A stretch of DNA of 64,000 bases from a virus. Position 1 is the first letter of the stretch; every line of letters starts with the position of its first letter. The stretch lies in IMG/VR virus record IMGVR_UViG_3300042430_001163, positions 7,498 through 71,497 of that record. The stretch is one strand, 5' to 3'. A program made the position numbers and the translations under genes. Below, piece by piece: positions 20,306 through 30,326 of this stretch. The notes under the pieces are model-generated. The model made no database searches and had not been told where the DNA came from. It was given only the letters and a program-made list of their open reading frames with translations.

Positions 20306-20632
20306 TCAATAAGGATTAAATGAACTCCCACAGCCACATGTGGTTTGTGCATTGGGATTAGATATAACAAAATTACTACCCATATCGTCTTCACGATAGT
20401 CTATAGATGATCCTTGAAGATATTGCATACTGGCACTATCTACTAATAAATTGATATCGTTTGATTTAATTATAAAATCATCATCACTAGTATCTTCATC
20501 TATTGTGAATCCATATGACATACCACTACATCCACCTCCTTGAACAAATACTCTGAGTTTAGCATTTGAATTATTTTCATCAATTATAATGTCTTTGATA
20601 CGTGTGGTGGCTGATTCTGTTATTGTTATCAT
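20306..20632 (-). CDS. erpA: A-type Fe-S carrier ErpA/IscA
   Basis: GGGCSG.SYGF, NPNA..TCGCGSSF. Confidence 0.88.
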   Translation of the reverse strand: MITITESATTRIKDIIIDENNSNAKLRVFVQGGGCSGMSYGFTIDEDTSDDDFIIKSNDINLLVDSASMQYLQGSSIDYREDDMGSNFVISNPNAQTTCGCGSSFNPY

Positions 20633-20647
20633 ATTTTTATCCATAAT

Positions 20648-20667
20648 AAAAGGGCATAATGCCCTTT
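20648..20667 (-). terminator. hairpin, possible intrinsic terminator after infA
   Basis: AAAGGGCAT-A-ATGCCCTTT inverted repeat. Confidence 0.5.
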
Positions 20668-20674
20668 GATGTAT

Positions 20675-20890
20675 TTATCTACGTCTTGTTATTCTACCTC
20701 TTGATAGATCGTAGGGTGAGAATTCCACCTCAACAATATCTCCCAAGAGTATTTTAATGCCATTCTGACGCATTTTGCCAGAAATAACACCAATTATAAG
20801 TTTTTCATTTGGTAATTTAACTCTAAACATAGCATTTGGAAGTAATTCCATAACTATGCCATCTATCTTAATTCCGTCTTCTTTTGCCAT
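20675..20890 (-). CDS. infA: translation initiation factor IF-1
   Basis: MAKED.I...[12 protein letters not shown]...ISGKMR...[10 protein letters not shown]. Confidence 0.95.
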   Translation of the reverse strand: MAKEDGIKIDGIVMELLPNAMFRVKLPNEKLIIGVISGKMRQNGIKILLGDIVEVEFSPYDLSRGRITRRR

Positions 20891-20904
20891 ATAGTTTATT
20901 TAGT

Positions 20905-21291
20905 CTATCCTCTACGCATTTTAGAAATTTCTACAGCTTCTTCATCTGAGAAAACAGGTACAGCATTACTCTTATGTAATACACCAATACCAATCATTTT
21001 GTTGCCAGTGTATACCGGAATATCTGCTTTTACGGCAGTTCCAACGCCAGAATTAAGCGATGGAGCAGACAACAATGTGCCACGTTGTGGTATAGTGGGC
21101 AAACTTTTTCCAAGTGTTCTGGCATTTTTGATAGGCTTTTTGACCAATTCTACACCATAAGATTTCTTTAATGATTTCCAATCTGATTCCAATTGTTCTG
21201 CCTGTCGTTTATGTTCTGCCGATGCATACTTAAATTTGGCTCGTTTTTTGCCAGTAGTAGTAAACGCCGGACTCATCATGTGCATTGTCAT
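20905..21291 (-). CDS. conserved T4-like phage hypothetical protein
   Basis: YTG..MIGIG.LHKSNAVPVFS..EA.EISKMRR; sigma70 promoter at 21317-21345. Confidence 0.7.
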   Translation of the reverse strand: MTMHMMSPAFTTTGKKRAKFKYASAEHKRQAEQLESDWKSLKKSYGVELVKKPIKNARTLGKSLPTIPQRGTLLSAPSLNSGVGTAVKADIPVYTGNKMIGIGVLHKSNAVPVFSDEEAVEISKMRRG

Positions 21292-21350
21292 ATAGTTACC
21301 ATTATAGATATAGTACATTATATCACAATTGAGATTTATTGTCAACTATT

Positions 21351-21719
21351 TTAACGTTTAAGAATACGTATGATTTCTTCTTTTTCCAAAATATCTTTTT
21401 CTAATTCAATATATTGGCGTTTAAGTTCTCTTAACGTTTCCCACCGTTCTTCCAATTCTAAATTTGGTTTGAAAATGGCCAATTTATCTTTGATTTGTTC
21501 TAATAAATCTTTGATACTTTCGCCCTGTATTTTTAGATCACCATCTATGATTACGTCACCAGTGGCATGAATAGAACCATGTTTATTATTGTATGGGAAC
21601 GTATTTGATGCTGAGATTGTTCCAGTTTGCCAACTTTGATCAGATGCGGTCAATGTAATAGTTTGAATAGTTCCATCATCTGATGATAGTGATACTGTAG
21701 AAATTGATTGATCTGACAT
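21351..21719 (-). CDS. hypothetical protein
   Basis: 122-aa ORF with C-terminal coiled coil. Confidence 0.6.
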   Translation of the reverse strand: MSDQSISTVSLSSDDGTIQTITLTASDQSWQTGTISASNTFPYNNKHGSIHATGDVIIDGDLKIQGESIKDLLEQIKDKLAIFKPNLELEERWETLRELKRQYIELEKDILEKEEIIRILKR

Positions 21720-21898
21720 TATGGTCTTTTCATTATAATAATACGACCCTCATCATCTTGATTGAAATCAAAACTATCACCTTCTTTCCAGCCCATTTGA
21801 GTCATGAGTTCTGGTGGTAATGGAATTAACAATTCTCCAGTTTCTGGATCTTCTTGTACAATTACTTCATACATAGTTGAATCAATGTTTTTTGTCAT
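21719..21898 (-). CDS. AbrB/MazE/SpoVT-like DNA-binding protein
   Basis: GELLIPLP.E....MGWKEGD motif. Confidence 0.65.
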   Translation of the reverse strand: MTKNIDSTMYEVIVQEDPETGELLIPLPPELMTQMGWKEGDSFDFNQDDEGRIIIMKRP

Positions 21899-21951
21899 AA
21901 TATTATTATAACACAATGATTAAAAATGTCAATAAATTTGGATACATTTTA

Positions 21952-22662
21952 TTATAAAGGATTTAATTCTGGATTCCAACCAGTATTAATTTTAATCTTA
22001 TCATTTTTCTTACTACGAGATTCCAACTCTTTATATATTTCAATTGCTTGTTTTTTACTAATTGTTGGTAATTCTTCCCATGATCTGATTCTGAATCCCA
22101 ATTCTATCAATCCTTTGGTCAAATTATAAGAATCAGATTTTGTAAAAAATTTTGGAGCATCTAAATCGTTGATAGTTAATCCACTACCATTTTTTAATCC
22201 AGTTCCGCCATTAGAAATGTCAAACTTTGCTTCAGCAACAAACGGATTGGTAATTGTAGCCTGTTCTATTTCTATAGAATTGTCTTTTTCAAAATTAAAT
22301 AAATTTTTAATAATTTCTTTGGATCTCCATACTTCAATTACATCTACGCTATTGTTGAAAGGATTATTAATTTTAATTCTCCATACAATATTTCCTAGAT
22401 GTCCTTGATTAATAATTACTGCATTATGTGGAATCCAATACTTTTCTAAATTGACAGAAGATTTTCTAACATTAGATTTTATACCATCTTGATTAGAATG
22501 ATAATTCTCTAAAAAATTATCATCTTGATCTTTTTTTATCCATAGATATCTAATTGCCCATGGTCCCAATTCATCAGGAATAAACAACGGTATAGATTCT
22601 TCCAATATATCAGGCAATAATCCATTATACCCCAATACTGATTTTTTATCTTTATTAAACAT
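21952..22662 (-). CDS. hypothetical protein flanked by a 20-bp direct repeat
   Basis: 236-aa ORF; AATGTCAATAAATTTGGATA at 21925 and 22718. Confidence 0.65.
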   Translation of the reverse strand: MFNKDKKSVLGYNGLLPDILEESIPLFIPDELGPWAIRYLWIKKDQDDNFLENYHSNQDGIKSNVRKSSVNLEKYWIPHNAVIINQGHLGNIVWRIKINNPFNNSVDVIEVWRSKEIIKNLFNFEKDNSIEIEQATITNPFVAEAKFDISNGGTGLKNGSGLTINDLDAPKFFTKSDSYNLTKGLIELGFRIRSWEELPTISKKQAIEIYKELESRSKKNDKIKINTGWNPELNPL

Positions 22663-22757
22663 GAATATATTTATTAAGAATTATTAATCATAGTATTATT
22701 TTAACATAACTGTTAGTAATGTCAATAAATTTGGATAACTAGTCAATTATATGAATA

Positions 22758-23078
22758 TTATTTTGTTGATCTTTGTCTTTTTACTTCAGTCACAGTTTCT
22801 AGTATTGCCAATTTTACTTCTTGATCATGAAGTTTATTATGAATCTCAATAACTGTAGATTCTACTTTATCAAAACGTTCTTCTAATTGATCAGTTTTCA
22901 TTTGAATATGTTCCAACATGTTGGTCTGATTATCATGTTGAGATATGGCTTTATTTAATCCTTCAGTAACACCAGCAAACCATTGTTTACCTTGCCACCA
23001 AGCACCACCTAAACCAAAAACAAAAACTATTATTACCCAATCTTCTTGTATAGTTTTAAGTATTTCTAATAAGTTCAT
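22758..23078 (-). CDS. membrane-anchored coiled-coil protein
   Basis: One TM segment followed by heptad repeats. Confidence 0.6.
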   Translation of the reverse strand: MNLLEILKTIQEDWVIIVFVFGLGGAWWQGKQWFAGVTEGLNKAISQHDNQTNMLEHIQMKTDQLEERFDKVESTVIEIHNKLHDQEVKLAILETVTEVKRQRSTK

Positions 23079-23479
23079 CTTTCATATCCTTTGAAACTTT
23101 GTATTGGACTGTGAGTATCTACTTCAGACATTTCTTCACTTTTTTTAGTACTAATCAACTTTTTGTCTGAAGATTTAAGACCAACGATATTAAGAGCATA
23201 GTCTATGATATCAGTATCTAAATCATAACCTATAATTATTTCATTTTCACCCCATGCACTAGATGGAGCCATGTTTGCGCCAGGAGAATCTGATAGTCTT
23301 TGTTCTGCACTACGTGCACCGGCAATAGCTACTCCAAATCTATATTGTTTGTAGAAATCACTGTTTGGTAATGCAGGAATTGAATACGTAGATGGTAATG
23401 ATCTGGCAACACTACTACTCAATCTATTGTCACTGACTGGCATAGTACTGTCTTCAATTATGAATTCTTTCGCTCTCAT
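23075..23479 (-). CDS. putative virion internal protein, paralogue of 23476
   Basis: MRAKEFIIE N-terminus; ends SPIQSFKGYER. Confidence 0.6.
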   Translation of the reverse strand: MRAKEFIIEDSTMPVSDNRLSSSVARSLPSTYSIPALPNSDFYKQYRFGVAIAGARSAEQRLSDSPGANMAPSSAWGENEIIIGYDLDTDIIDYALNIVGLKSSDKKLISTKKSEEMSEVDTHSPIQSFKGYER

Positions 23480-23859
23480 CTTTCATATCCTTTGAAACCT
23501 TGAACTGGACTAACTTTATTTACCTCTTTCATTTCTTCGCTGTTCATGTCACCGCTATTTAAATCTTTATATTGTAATCCGGCAGCTTTATATGCTAATT
23601 TAAGCATATTCTCTTCTTCTTTAGTGTAAGCATGTGCGGTATTGTGTTTGCCAACCCAACTTTCAGCATCCATTTCTATTGGATTTATTCCATCACTACT
23701 TGCAACTGCCATCATTAAACGATTTAAATCATATAGTTTATCGTAAGCGTCTATTTTCTTTGTAAAAATATGTAACCCACGAGTGGCTTGTTGATTTCCG
23801 AGAGAAATTTTGGCAGCCGCTTCGGTTATAGTAGTAGTAACGAATTCTTTTGCTCTCAT
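23476..23859 (-). CDS. putative virion internal protein
   Basis: MRAKEFV N-terminus; ends SPVQGFKGYER. Confidence 0.6.
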   Translation of the reverse strand: MRAKEFVTTTITEAAAKISLGNQQATRGLHIFTKKIDAYDKLYDLNRLMMAVASSDGINPIEMDAESWVGKHNTAHAYTKEEENMLKLAYKAAGLQYKDLNSGDMNSEEMKEVNKVSPVQGFKGYER

Positions 23860-23861
23860 GA

Positions 23862-24071
23862 TTATTTTTCCAATTTACTAATACGTGGTTTAAATAATTT
23901 TTGATCACCTTTAGTGGTTTTTAACACTGGTTGATTATGATCATCAGTACTGAATCCAGTTACTTCTGTCTTACGATTCTTGAATTTGCCAACTTTAATC
24001 TCATCACCAACATTAATAGTAGGTGGTGTATATGATTTATCAGAAGATTCAACAATTTCTTTAATATTCAT
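23862..24071 (-). CDS. small SH3-like hypothetical protein
   Basis: MNIKEIVE; VGDEIKVGKFKN. Confidence 0.55.
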   Translation of the reverse strand: MNIKEIVESSDKSYTPPTINVGDEIKVGKFKNRKTEVTGFSTDDHNQPVLKTTKGDQKLFKPRISKLEK

Positions 24072-25930
24072 TAACAGTTCCATTTACGTAATGCTAATGC
24101 TTTACGAGTAGGTTTACCATCTTTTTTCATTGGTCCCTTGACTCCAGACATTCTGGCACAAAAACTCTTACGTCTTTTAGCCGCTTTACTTCCCGGTTTT
24201 AATTTACTTGGTTTAGTAGTAACTGCAGTTTGTAGTTTACTACCTGGATGTTCACGACGATAACTGTTTACGCCCTTTTGATTTAGACCACCAGTCTTGT
24301 TCTTACCTGATTTTTTCTGCCATGCAGCAACTTCATCTAACTTGTTTAATTCTTCTTGTAACCAATTTGATTCGTTTACTTGTGGATCAATACCTTGTTC
24401 TTCTTGACTTTTTAAATAATCCCATGAAGAAACAATCATACCTTCTACATTAGCGATTTTTTCTTGTACCCATTCTGGTAAATTTTCATTGTCATCAATA
24501 GTATCTAATAAACCTTCGGCTGCACGTATAATAGTATGTAAATTAGTATGAGCCATACCTGATTCATCATCATACTCAGCGTTATCTTCCATAATTCCAG
24601 CTGAACTAACACCTACTGCAACACTAGCTAATCCAGTTTTAATGGCATCTGACCAACTCATACCATGTAGTTTTGCAGCCAATGTTGGTATTATTGAATT
24701 CATTGAACCTTGAAGTATCATATTAAATTGTTGTGGTGACAGACCCATGCTACCAAAATGTTTGATAACTGCACCTGATACTATACTACCAACGATTGTT
24801 ATAATAACACCTTGTAGATAGGGATTTTTTGAACCAGCTTTCAACATTGTTAATACTTTGGTACGTTGTTTTCCTGTGGCTTGTGATAATAATTCTTTTG
24901 CTTTAGAATTATAATTCTCAACTTTTCCAGGTTTACTTTGTGACAATTGAGTTTTGTAGAAGTCAGTAATGGCACTAGTGACATTTGATTTAGATTCACT
25001 ACTGTCTTCCGCCACACTTTTAGGCTTATTGTGATCTTTTTTCATATTGACTGCAATTGCCGCTTGTTGAGCAGGATTAACTGCCTCACTGAATTGAGTA
25101 TCAATTTGAATTTTATTTTGACGCAAATCTCTACGAAGTGAGTCTAATGATTTTGAGTTGACTTGAAATACAGTTGATTTGTCAGTGACTGCAACGTCCT
25201 CTGCTCCATACTTCTGTAATGATGACTTTAACATTTTTATTTGTTGTGGAGATAACGAGTCGTACATATTGTGATTCAGGCTGAATTCTGCCATCTCGCC
25301 AATAGATTCCGCCACATCTTGCTGACCTGATAATTCATCAGATTGTTTTAGTGCTTGCTGATATATCAGTTTTGCTTTGATTTCACCAAGAGATTTAAGT
25401 TTTGATTTTACTGCAGAACTAAAATCATTAAGTTTTGGATTTACATTGTTGAGTGACTGATAGTTCATAATCTCTCCAACTAAACGATCCATAAAAGTAC
25501 CACTGGTATCTTTATATGAGTCTTCTGTGACATCTTGCTGACCTTTTTCTTCTATATCAGAATCAGGAACAATTTGTACAGGAATACTTTTTGTACCTAA
25601 CAATTTATAGGCCCAAAATCTGTGATGACCATCTAATACCTGATATCCGTTTTTGTATTTGCGAACCAATAGCGGTGGCAACTTATCACCTTGTTTTAAT
25701 CCTGCTACTATTTTTTCAACATTAGCCTTACTTTTTGGTTGAGTCATCTTATCGTCGGGCTCAAAACCAACAAGTTTATTAGCAGATATATTTACTACTG
25801 AGCCAGTTGCTTTATAGTCACCTACTTCTGCACCATACCAGTTAGGATCAGTGATTAGTGTTATTTTTCCTTTCGTCACATCTTGTGTGTCTAAGATAGT
25901 ACTTTCTGAGAGAATTTGAGTTATTTTCAT
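24071..25930 (-). CDS. multidomain head-associated protein with ParB/Srx-like domain
   Basis: PPLLV....YQVLDGHHR; C-terminal GGLN.KG...RRKSFCARM...KWNC domain; E-terminated linkers. Confidence 0.65.
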   Translation of the reverse strand: MKITQILSESTILDTQDVTKGKITLITDPNWYGAEVGDYKATGSVVNISANKLVGFEPDDKMTQPKSKANVEKIVAGLKQGDKLPPLLVRKYKNGYQVLDGHHRFWAYKLLGTKSIPVQIVPDSDIEEKGQQDVTEDSYKDTSGTFMDRLVGEIMNYQSLNNVNPKLNDFSSAVKSKLKSLGEIKAKLIYQQALKQSDELSGQQDVAESIGEMAEFSLNHNMYDSLSPQQIKMLKSSLQKYGAEDVAVTDKSTVFQVNSKSLDSLRRDLRQNKIQIDTQFSEAVNPAQQAAIAVNMKKDHNKPKSVAEDSSESKSNVTSAITDFYKTQLSQSKPGKVENYNSKAKELLSQATGKQRTKVLTMLKAGSKNPYLQGVIITIVGSIVSGAVIKHFGSMGLSPQQFNMILQGSMNSIIPTLAAKLHGMSWSDAIKTGLASVAVGVSSAGIMEDNAEYDDESGMAHTNLHTIIRAAEGLLDTIDDNENLPEWVQEKIANVEGMIVSSWDYLKSQEEQGIDPQVNESNWLQEELNKLDEVAAWQKKSGKNKTGGLNQKGVNSYRREHPGSKLQTAVTTKPSKLKPGSKAAKRRKSFCARMSGVKGPMKKDGKPTRKALALRKWNC

Positions 25931-25982
25931 GTTATGTAACCAATATTACTTGTATTTATCAAAATTTAAAAATACAAGCCAT

Positions 25983-26007
25983 AAAAAAACACACCGAAGT
26001 GTGTTTT
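25983..26007 (-). terminator. intrinsic terminator with UUCG loop
   Basis: Minus strand AAAACACAC-TTCG-GTGTGTTTTTTT. Confidence 0.85.
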
Positions 26008-26027
26008 CTACATGATTACTTAACCAA

Positions 26028-26699
26028 TCAATCTCTTTTGATACCAAATAATTGTAACAAATTTAAGAATAAATTGATGAAATCTAGATAAAGAGTCAAG
26101 GCTCCAACTACTTCTACATTACCTTCATCACTTACGCTTAATTGTTCACGAATTTTCTGTGTATCATAAGCAGTTAATCCCAAAAAGATTATAATGGCAA
26201 TTGCAGAAATAACCATAGTCATTACTGTACTTCCAATAAAGATATTGACAATACTAGCAATAACAATCGCAATCAATCCAATAAACATAAATTGACCCAT
26301 GGTTTCAAGACTTCGTTTGGTAAAATAACCATAAAAACTCATAGTACCAAACAAAATAGCAGCACCCATAAACGCTGATGTAATACTACCAACAGTATAA
26401 ATTACAAAGATTGTGGCAAAACTCAATCCCATTAAGGCAGCAAAACCATGTAACATCAATGTGGCAGCTACTTTTCCAACTTTATCAATAGTAAATGAAA
26501 CTAATAATACAGCAACCAATGGTGCAAAAATTACAACCCATTTAAGTGGCGTTCCAAAAAGAGTTGCCATTAATTGAGTATTGGTACTAACAAAATAACC
26601 AACAATCATTGAGTTTAATACAGCCAAACACATATGATTGTAAACACGAATCATACTATCATTCAATTCACTAACACTACGGTAAGATAACATAGTCAT
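26028..26699 (-). CDS. Bax inhibitor-1/YccA family membrane protein
   Basis: About seven TM helices; TAYDTQKI, GALTLYLDFINLF. Confidence 0.9.
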   Translation of the reverse strand: MTMLSYRSVSELNDSMIRVYNHMCLAVLNSMIVGYFVSTNTQLMATLFGTPLKWVVIFAPLVAVLLVSFTIDKVGKVAATLMLHGFAALMGLSFATIFVIYTVGSITSAFMGAAILFGTMSFYGYFTKRSLETMGQFMFIGLIAIVIASIVNIFIGSTVMTMVISAIAIIIFLGLTAYDTQKIREQLSVSDEGNVEVVGALTLYLDFINLFLNLLQLFGIKRD

Positions 26700-26717
26700 T
26701 TAAGTCTCCTATTTAAA

Positions 26718-27014
26718 TTAAAACCACTTTAATGCAAAAGCAATTGATTCAGATTCGTCACGTAAATAAATTCTTGTACGATATTCATCATGTTGCCAAC
26801 ACCATCGTGAGTTACTACAACTTACTCCATCAAATAAATCATATTGATCGTAAGCATCTAGTTCTTTACTGGGACCCCAATGAGTCCAACACCATTCACG
26901 AATATTACAAAGATCGACTCCATAATTTTTGTCTAGTAATTTAAGTTCTACGTAGAATTTCCACGTTCCATGACCAGTGTTTCTTTTGTCTAATTTTTTT
27001 AATTTTAACTTCAT
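26718..27014 (-). CDS. F-x-L-R/K-W family small protein
   Basis: EWCWTHWGP...IAFALKWF. Confidence 0.7.
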   Translation of the reverse strand: MKLKLKKLDKRNTGHGTWKFYVELKLLDKNYGVDLCNIREWCWTHWGPSKELDAYDQYDLFDGVSCSNSRWCWQHDEYRTRIYLRDESESIAFALKWF

Positions 27015-27015
27015 A

Positions 27016-27225
27016 TTACATCCATTTTAGATGAAACATTACAAAGTCTTGTTCACTTTGAAATTCAAATTTCCAATAATCTCTAGTATCGCTACAAATT
27101 GAAGTGTCTACAAATGACCATTCTTCAGTACAATAATTATTGCACCAATCAAGAACTGTGGTTAATGATCCATATTCAATATAAATCACAACACTACAAT
27201 CATTCTCCTGAATATTTTGTAACAT
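27016..27225 (-). CDS. F-x-L-R/K-W family small protein
   Basis: DWC...FQSEQDFVMFHLKWM. Confidence 0.7.
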   Translation of the reverse strand: MLQNIQENDCSVVIYIEYGSLTTVLDWCNNYCTEEWSFVDTSICSDTRDYWKFEFQSEQDFVMFHLKWM

Positions 27226-27712
27226 TCACTCCACTTTTGATTAAGAACTCTAGTCCCAATTCATTCTTATATGTATCACGATAATATACAGTAAAGATAC
27301 CAGCTTGATAGATCATTTTAGCACAGTCAATACAGGGTACATGAGTACAGAATAATGTTGCGCCTTCACTACTAATAGTACTCTTAGTAATTTTCATTAA
27401 AGCGTTTGCCTCACTATGAAGTACTTCTGGTTTTGTTTTTAATCCATAACAAACAACACGTTCAGCATCATCATGCCATTCTTTGTAAGGATATCTGGCA
27501 TCAAATTCTTCTTGAGTCAAATACGGACCGGCGCCCATGTCCCAATCACGATCTTCGCAGTTATTATCCCAGCCTGCGGGTGTGCCATTGTAACCATACG
27601 TGACCATATGATCTTTGACAATAACTGTTCCCACTTTAAGTCTAACAGCCGAACTCATCTGACTGACTTCATGAGCCAGATTCATATATAAATCAATAAA
27701 TTTCTTTTTCAT
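27200..27712 (-). CDS. dCMP deaminase
   Basis: GYNG, HSEANA, PCIDC zinc motifs. Confidence 0.9.
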   Translation of the reverse strand: MKKKFIDLYMNLAHEVSQMSSAVRLKVGTVIVKDHMVTYGYNGTPAGWDNNCEDRDWDMGAGPYLTQEEFDARYPYKEWHDDAERVVCYGLKTKPEVLHSEANALMKITKSTISSEGATLFCTHVPCIDCAKMIYQAGIFTVYYRDTYKNELGLEFLIKSGVNVTKYSGE

Positions 27713-27974
27713 TTTTTACCAAATAGTTATCACGAATCCATCTATCACATATTTCTTGTGATTGAAAATAGTACAATGGACTTCCATTAGGTATATTAAA
27801 TTTATCACAAAATGCCTGACCGTATCGTTTACCTTTCAATACATCAATTACATAATAGTGTTTGAATTCTGTATACTGTTCTTTGGTTATGGTATGATAT
27901 AGATGATCATCACTAAAATATTGAGCAAGTATCTTATTATCATGATAATCTTGTACGATTTGCAAATTAATCAT
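27693..27974 (-). CDS. hypothetical protein
   Basis: RYGQAFC motif. Confidence 0.55.
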   Translation of the reverse strand: MINLQIVQDYHDNKILAQYFSDDHLYHTITKEQYTEFKHYYVIDVLKGKRYGQAFCDKFNIPNGSPLYYFQSQEICDRWIRDNYLVKNEKEIY

Positions 27975-28297
27975 TCTTCGTCCGCTCGTTCAATTTTACC
28001 ATCAATAATAAAGAACGGTACATTTAATGGAGTTTCTTTAACATGACCAATATATCCAACATTGTTCAAACTATAATTTTTGGCAGCTTCTTCTAATGTA
28101 TTACCTTGACTAGCAAATGCCTCATCTTCCATAAAATATAGATAATGTTGATCTTCTACGATTTCATGTTTTAGAAATTCAATTTGATCAGTAATCATTG
28201 TGGTTAATTCTTTGATCATCTTATGATGACAATATCTATAACCTACATAACCACCACCAGCAAATCCAATTAACCATATCAGTATTAACATTTCCAT
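27971..28297 (-). CDS. membrane-anchored hypothetical protein
   Basis: N-terminal TM; SQG.TLEEA. Confidence 0.55.
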   Translation of the reverse strand: MEMLILIWLIGFAGGGYVGYRYCHHKMIKELTTMITDQIEFLKHEIVEDQHYLYFMEDEAFASQGNTLEEAAKNYSLNNVGYIGHVKETPLNVPFFIIDGKIERADEE

Positions 28298-28299
28298 GA

Positions 28300-28578
28300 T
28301 TATTCAAGACCCTTGAGATTAAGAGTACTCCACTGACTAAGTTTTTTAAACTTACGTTGTTTGGCTTCTAATAATCTTTCTAATGATATTTCACCTTGAT
28401 TAGTTAAGATATCAATCATTGCCAATACATCTCCGATCTCTTGTTCCAGACGATCGCGATTAGATTCTTTTAAATACATACCATTTAAACCAAATCTAAA
28501 ACATTTACTGGTGGCTTGTACAACTTCGGCACATTCTTCTTGTAATATTAATAATGCTTCTTTAGTAGATTCGTTCAT
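28300..28578 (-). CDS. MazG-like NTP pyrophosphohydrolase
   Basis: EECAEV...EQEIGDV motif. Confidence 0.75.
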   Translation of the reverse strand: MNESTKEALLILQEECAEVVQATSKCFRFGLNGMYLKESNRDRLEQEIGDVLAMIDILTNQGEISLERLLEAKQRKFKKLSQWSTLNLKGLE

Positions 28579-28679
28579 AATAGTATATTTGAAATTAGTA
28601 AGAGACTTTTGTATAGTGTCTCTCAAACTATTTAATTATAATAATATTGTGTCGGGAATTTCACCCGATACTAATATAA

Positions 28680-28940
28680 TTAGGCTACTACACCAGCGGC
28701 CAAAGCACGATAGCCAGCAGCAATAACTTTACGTGTTGGAGTACCAATACGATAACGAGTTACTGATTGACCCTTGCTATTCTTACGTGAGTTAGCATAA
28801 ACGGCATAACCAGCAAAACGAATATTGCTGATAACTGCAGTTGGGTTGGCAATATCAAAACGAGCTGCCATTTGTGGGACAGTCAATTGCTCACCATTCA
28901 AGAGTGCTTCTGTTAAGCGGGTTTGTTGAGTTACTTTCAT
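28680..28940 (-). CDS. winged helix-turn-helix protein
   Basis: LT..Q...RF.IANP.A.IS.IR..GY...YRIGTP. Confidence 0.6.
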   Translation of the reverse strand: MKVTQQTRLTEALLNGEQLTVPQMAARFDIANPTAVISNIRFAGYAVYANSRKNSKGQSVTRYRIGTPTRKVIAAGYRALAAGVVA

Positions 28941-29051
28941 TTTATTTCCTTTTTAAGTTGTCACTGTAATTGTTACGTTACAGCGTATTACTATTGTAAC
29001 ATGACTTGTAATAATAGTCAATGTTAAATGGACACATAGTGTCCATTTAAC

Positions 29052-29900
29052 TTATACTTCAATGATCTTTGGATAATAAGGATCATCTTCCTGCGAACCA
29101 CGTTCATGAAATAAATATCCACGTGGGTGGGCCACGATTCTAGTATCACCAATGACGTATGAAAATTCATCATGTGTATGACCATGAACCCAAACTTTGA
29201 TTTGTGGACGATCCAAAATAAACTCAGACAAATCTGTACTATAAGCACCATTCATATAACGATCATCAGCATAACGTGGATGTGTACTAAGTTTACTTGG
29301 TGCATGATGTCCAATTACAAAGAACTTTTCATCTGGCTTTTCAACTGTTACATGACGAATATAATCCAATGTCTTATAATGACGAACAATGGTATCAGCT
29401 GGGCGTAAACGTCTAAATTCATCCTGTTCAACACGAATAACACGAAAATCATTCATACTTGAATCAATAACTCTAAGTGTTAATGGATCAGATTTATTAC
29501 AATCAGTCCACAATGTCCCACCAATAAATGTCACATCATCAAGTTTAAATGTATCATTTTCCATAAAATGTACATTATAGAATTTTTTACATTCGTCTTT
29601 TAATGTATCTAGAGTTTGTTCCCATTTACCATTATAAAACTCATGATTACCAGCAACATATAATACATGAGAAAACTCTGTACTACAACGTTTTAAAAAG
29701 TCGCGAAATTTCTGTGCTTGATGATAACGTCCAGGCAAATTATTAACCCATTCTGGTTTAATAACATCTTCTGGAAAGTCATGCATATCAGCAGCAACCA
29801 TAATATCACCAGCCAATACCAATACATCAGCATTTTCTGTATTTTTAATATCTAAATCACCAAATTCCAAATGAAGATCGGAGCAAAGCGCCACTTTCAT
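29052..29900 (-). CDS. calcineurin-like metallophosphoesterase
   Basis: SDLH, AGD, GNHE, HHAP, HGHTH. Confidence 0.9.
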   Translation of the reverse strand: MKVALCSDLHLEFGDLDIKNTENADVLVLAGDIMVAADMHDFPEDVIKPEWVNNLPGRYHQAQKFRDFLKRCSTEFSHVLYVAGNHEFYNGKWEQTLDTLKDECKKFYNVHFMENDTFKLDDVTFIGGTLWTDCNKSDPLTLRVIDSSMNDFRVIRVEQDEFRRLRPADTIVRHYKTLDYIRHVTVEKPDEKFFVIGHHAPSKLSTHPRYADDRYMNGAYSTDLSEFILDRPQIKVWVHGHTHDEFSYVIGDTRIVAHPRGYLFHERGSQEDDPYYPKIIEV

Positions 29901-29902
29901 AA

Positions 29903-30316
29903 TTATTCCTTATATTTATTTTCTCGTTCAGTTTGATGTTCGTCACATAGAGTAACAATCCATCCTGAATTACGTAATTTTCCTGGTTTCGCACATGTCT
30001 CACAAATTTTACCGCTCATTGACTCAGCAAACCAAATCATACCATCAATCAGTCTATCTCCACCACTAGTGTAAAAACGTAGTGTTCCAAACTTTTCTTT
30101 GACTTGTTCTGCCACTACTTGTGGAATAACTCTAGTCTCTGAACTGTTGTTGTCAATGTAACTTTGAATATCCCAACATAGTGTATCAATCAAATCATAC
30201 CAACCATCACCACAACTAAAACCCCAATACATACAAGTTTCTTTCATGTCACCATTACGATTGACGAAAATCTTGGGATACTTTTCACATAGTTGTTTGT
30301 CTAGTTCTTCTCTCAT
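29903..30316 (-). CDS. conserved hypothetical phage protein
   Basis: GDGW...QVKEKFGTLRFY...CETC...LC..H. Confidence 0.7.
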   Translation of the reverse strand: MREELDKQLCEKYPKIFVNRNGDMKETCMYWGFSCGDGWYDLIDTLCWDIQSYIDNNSSETRVIPQVVAEQVKEKFGTLRFYTSGGDRLIDGMIWFAESMSGKICETCAKPGKLRNSGWIVTLCDEHQTERENKYKE

Positions 30317-30326
30317 TTTTCAACTC

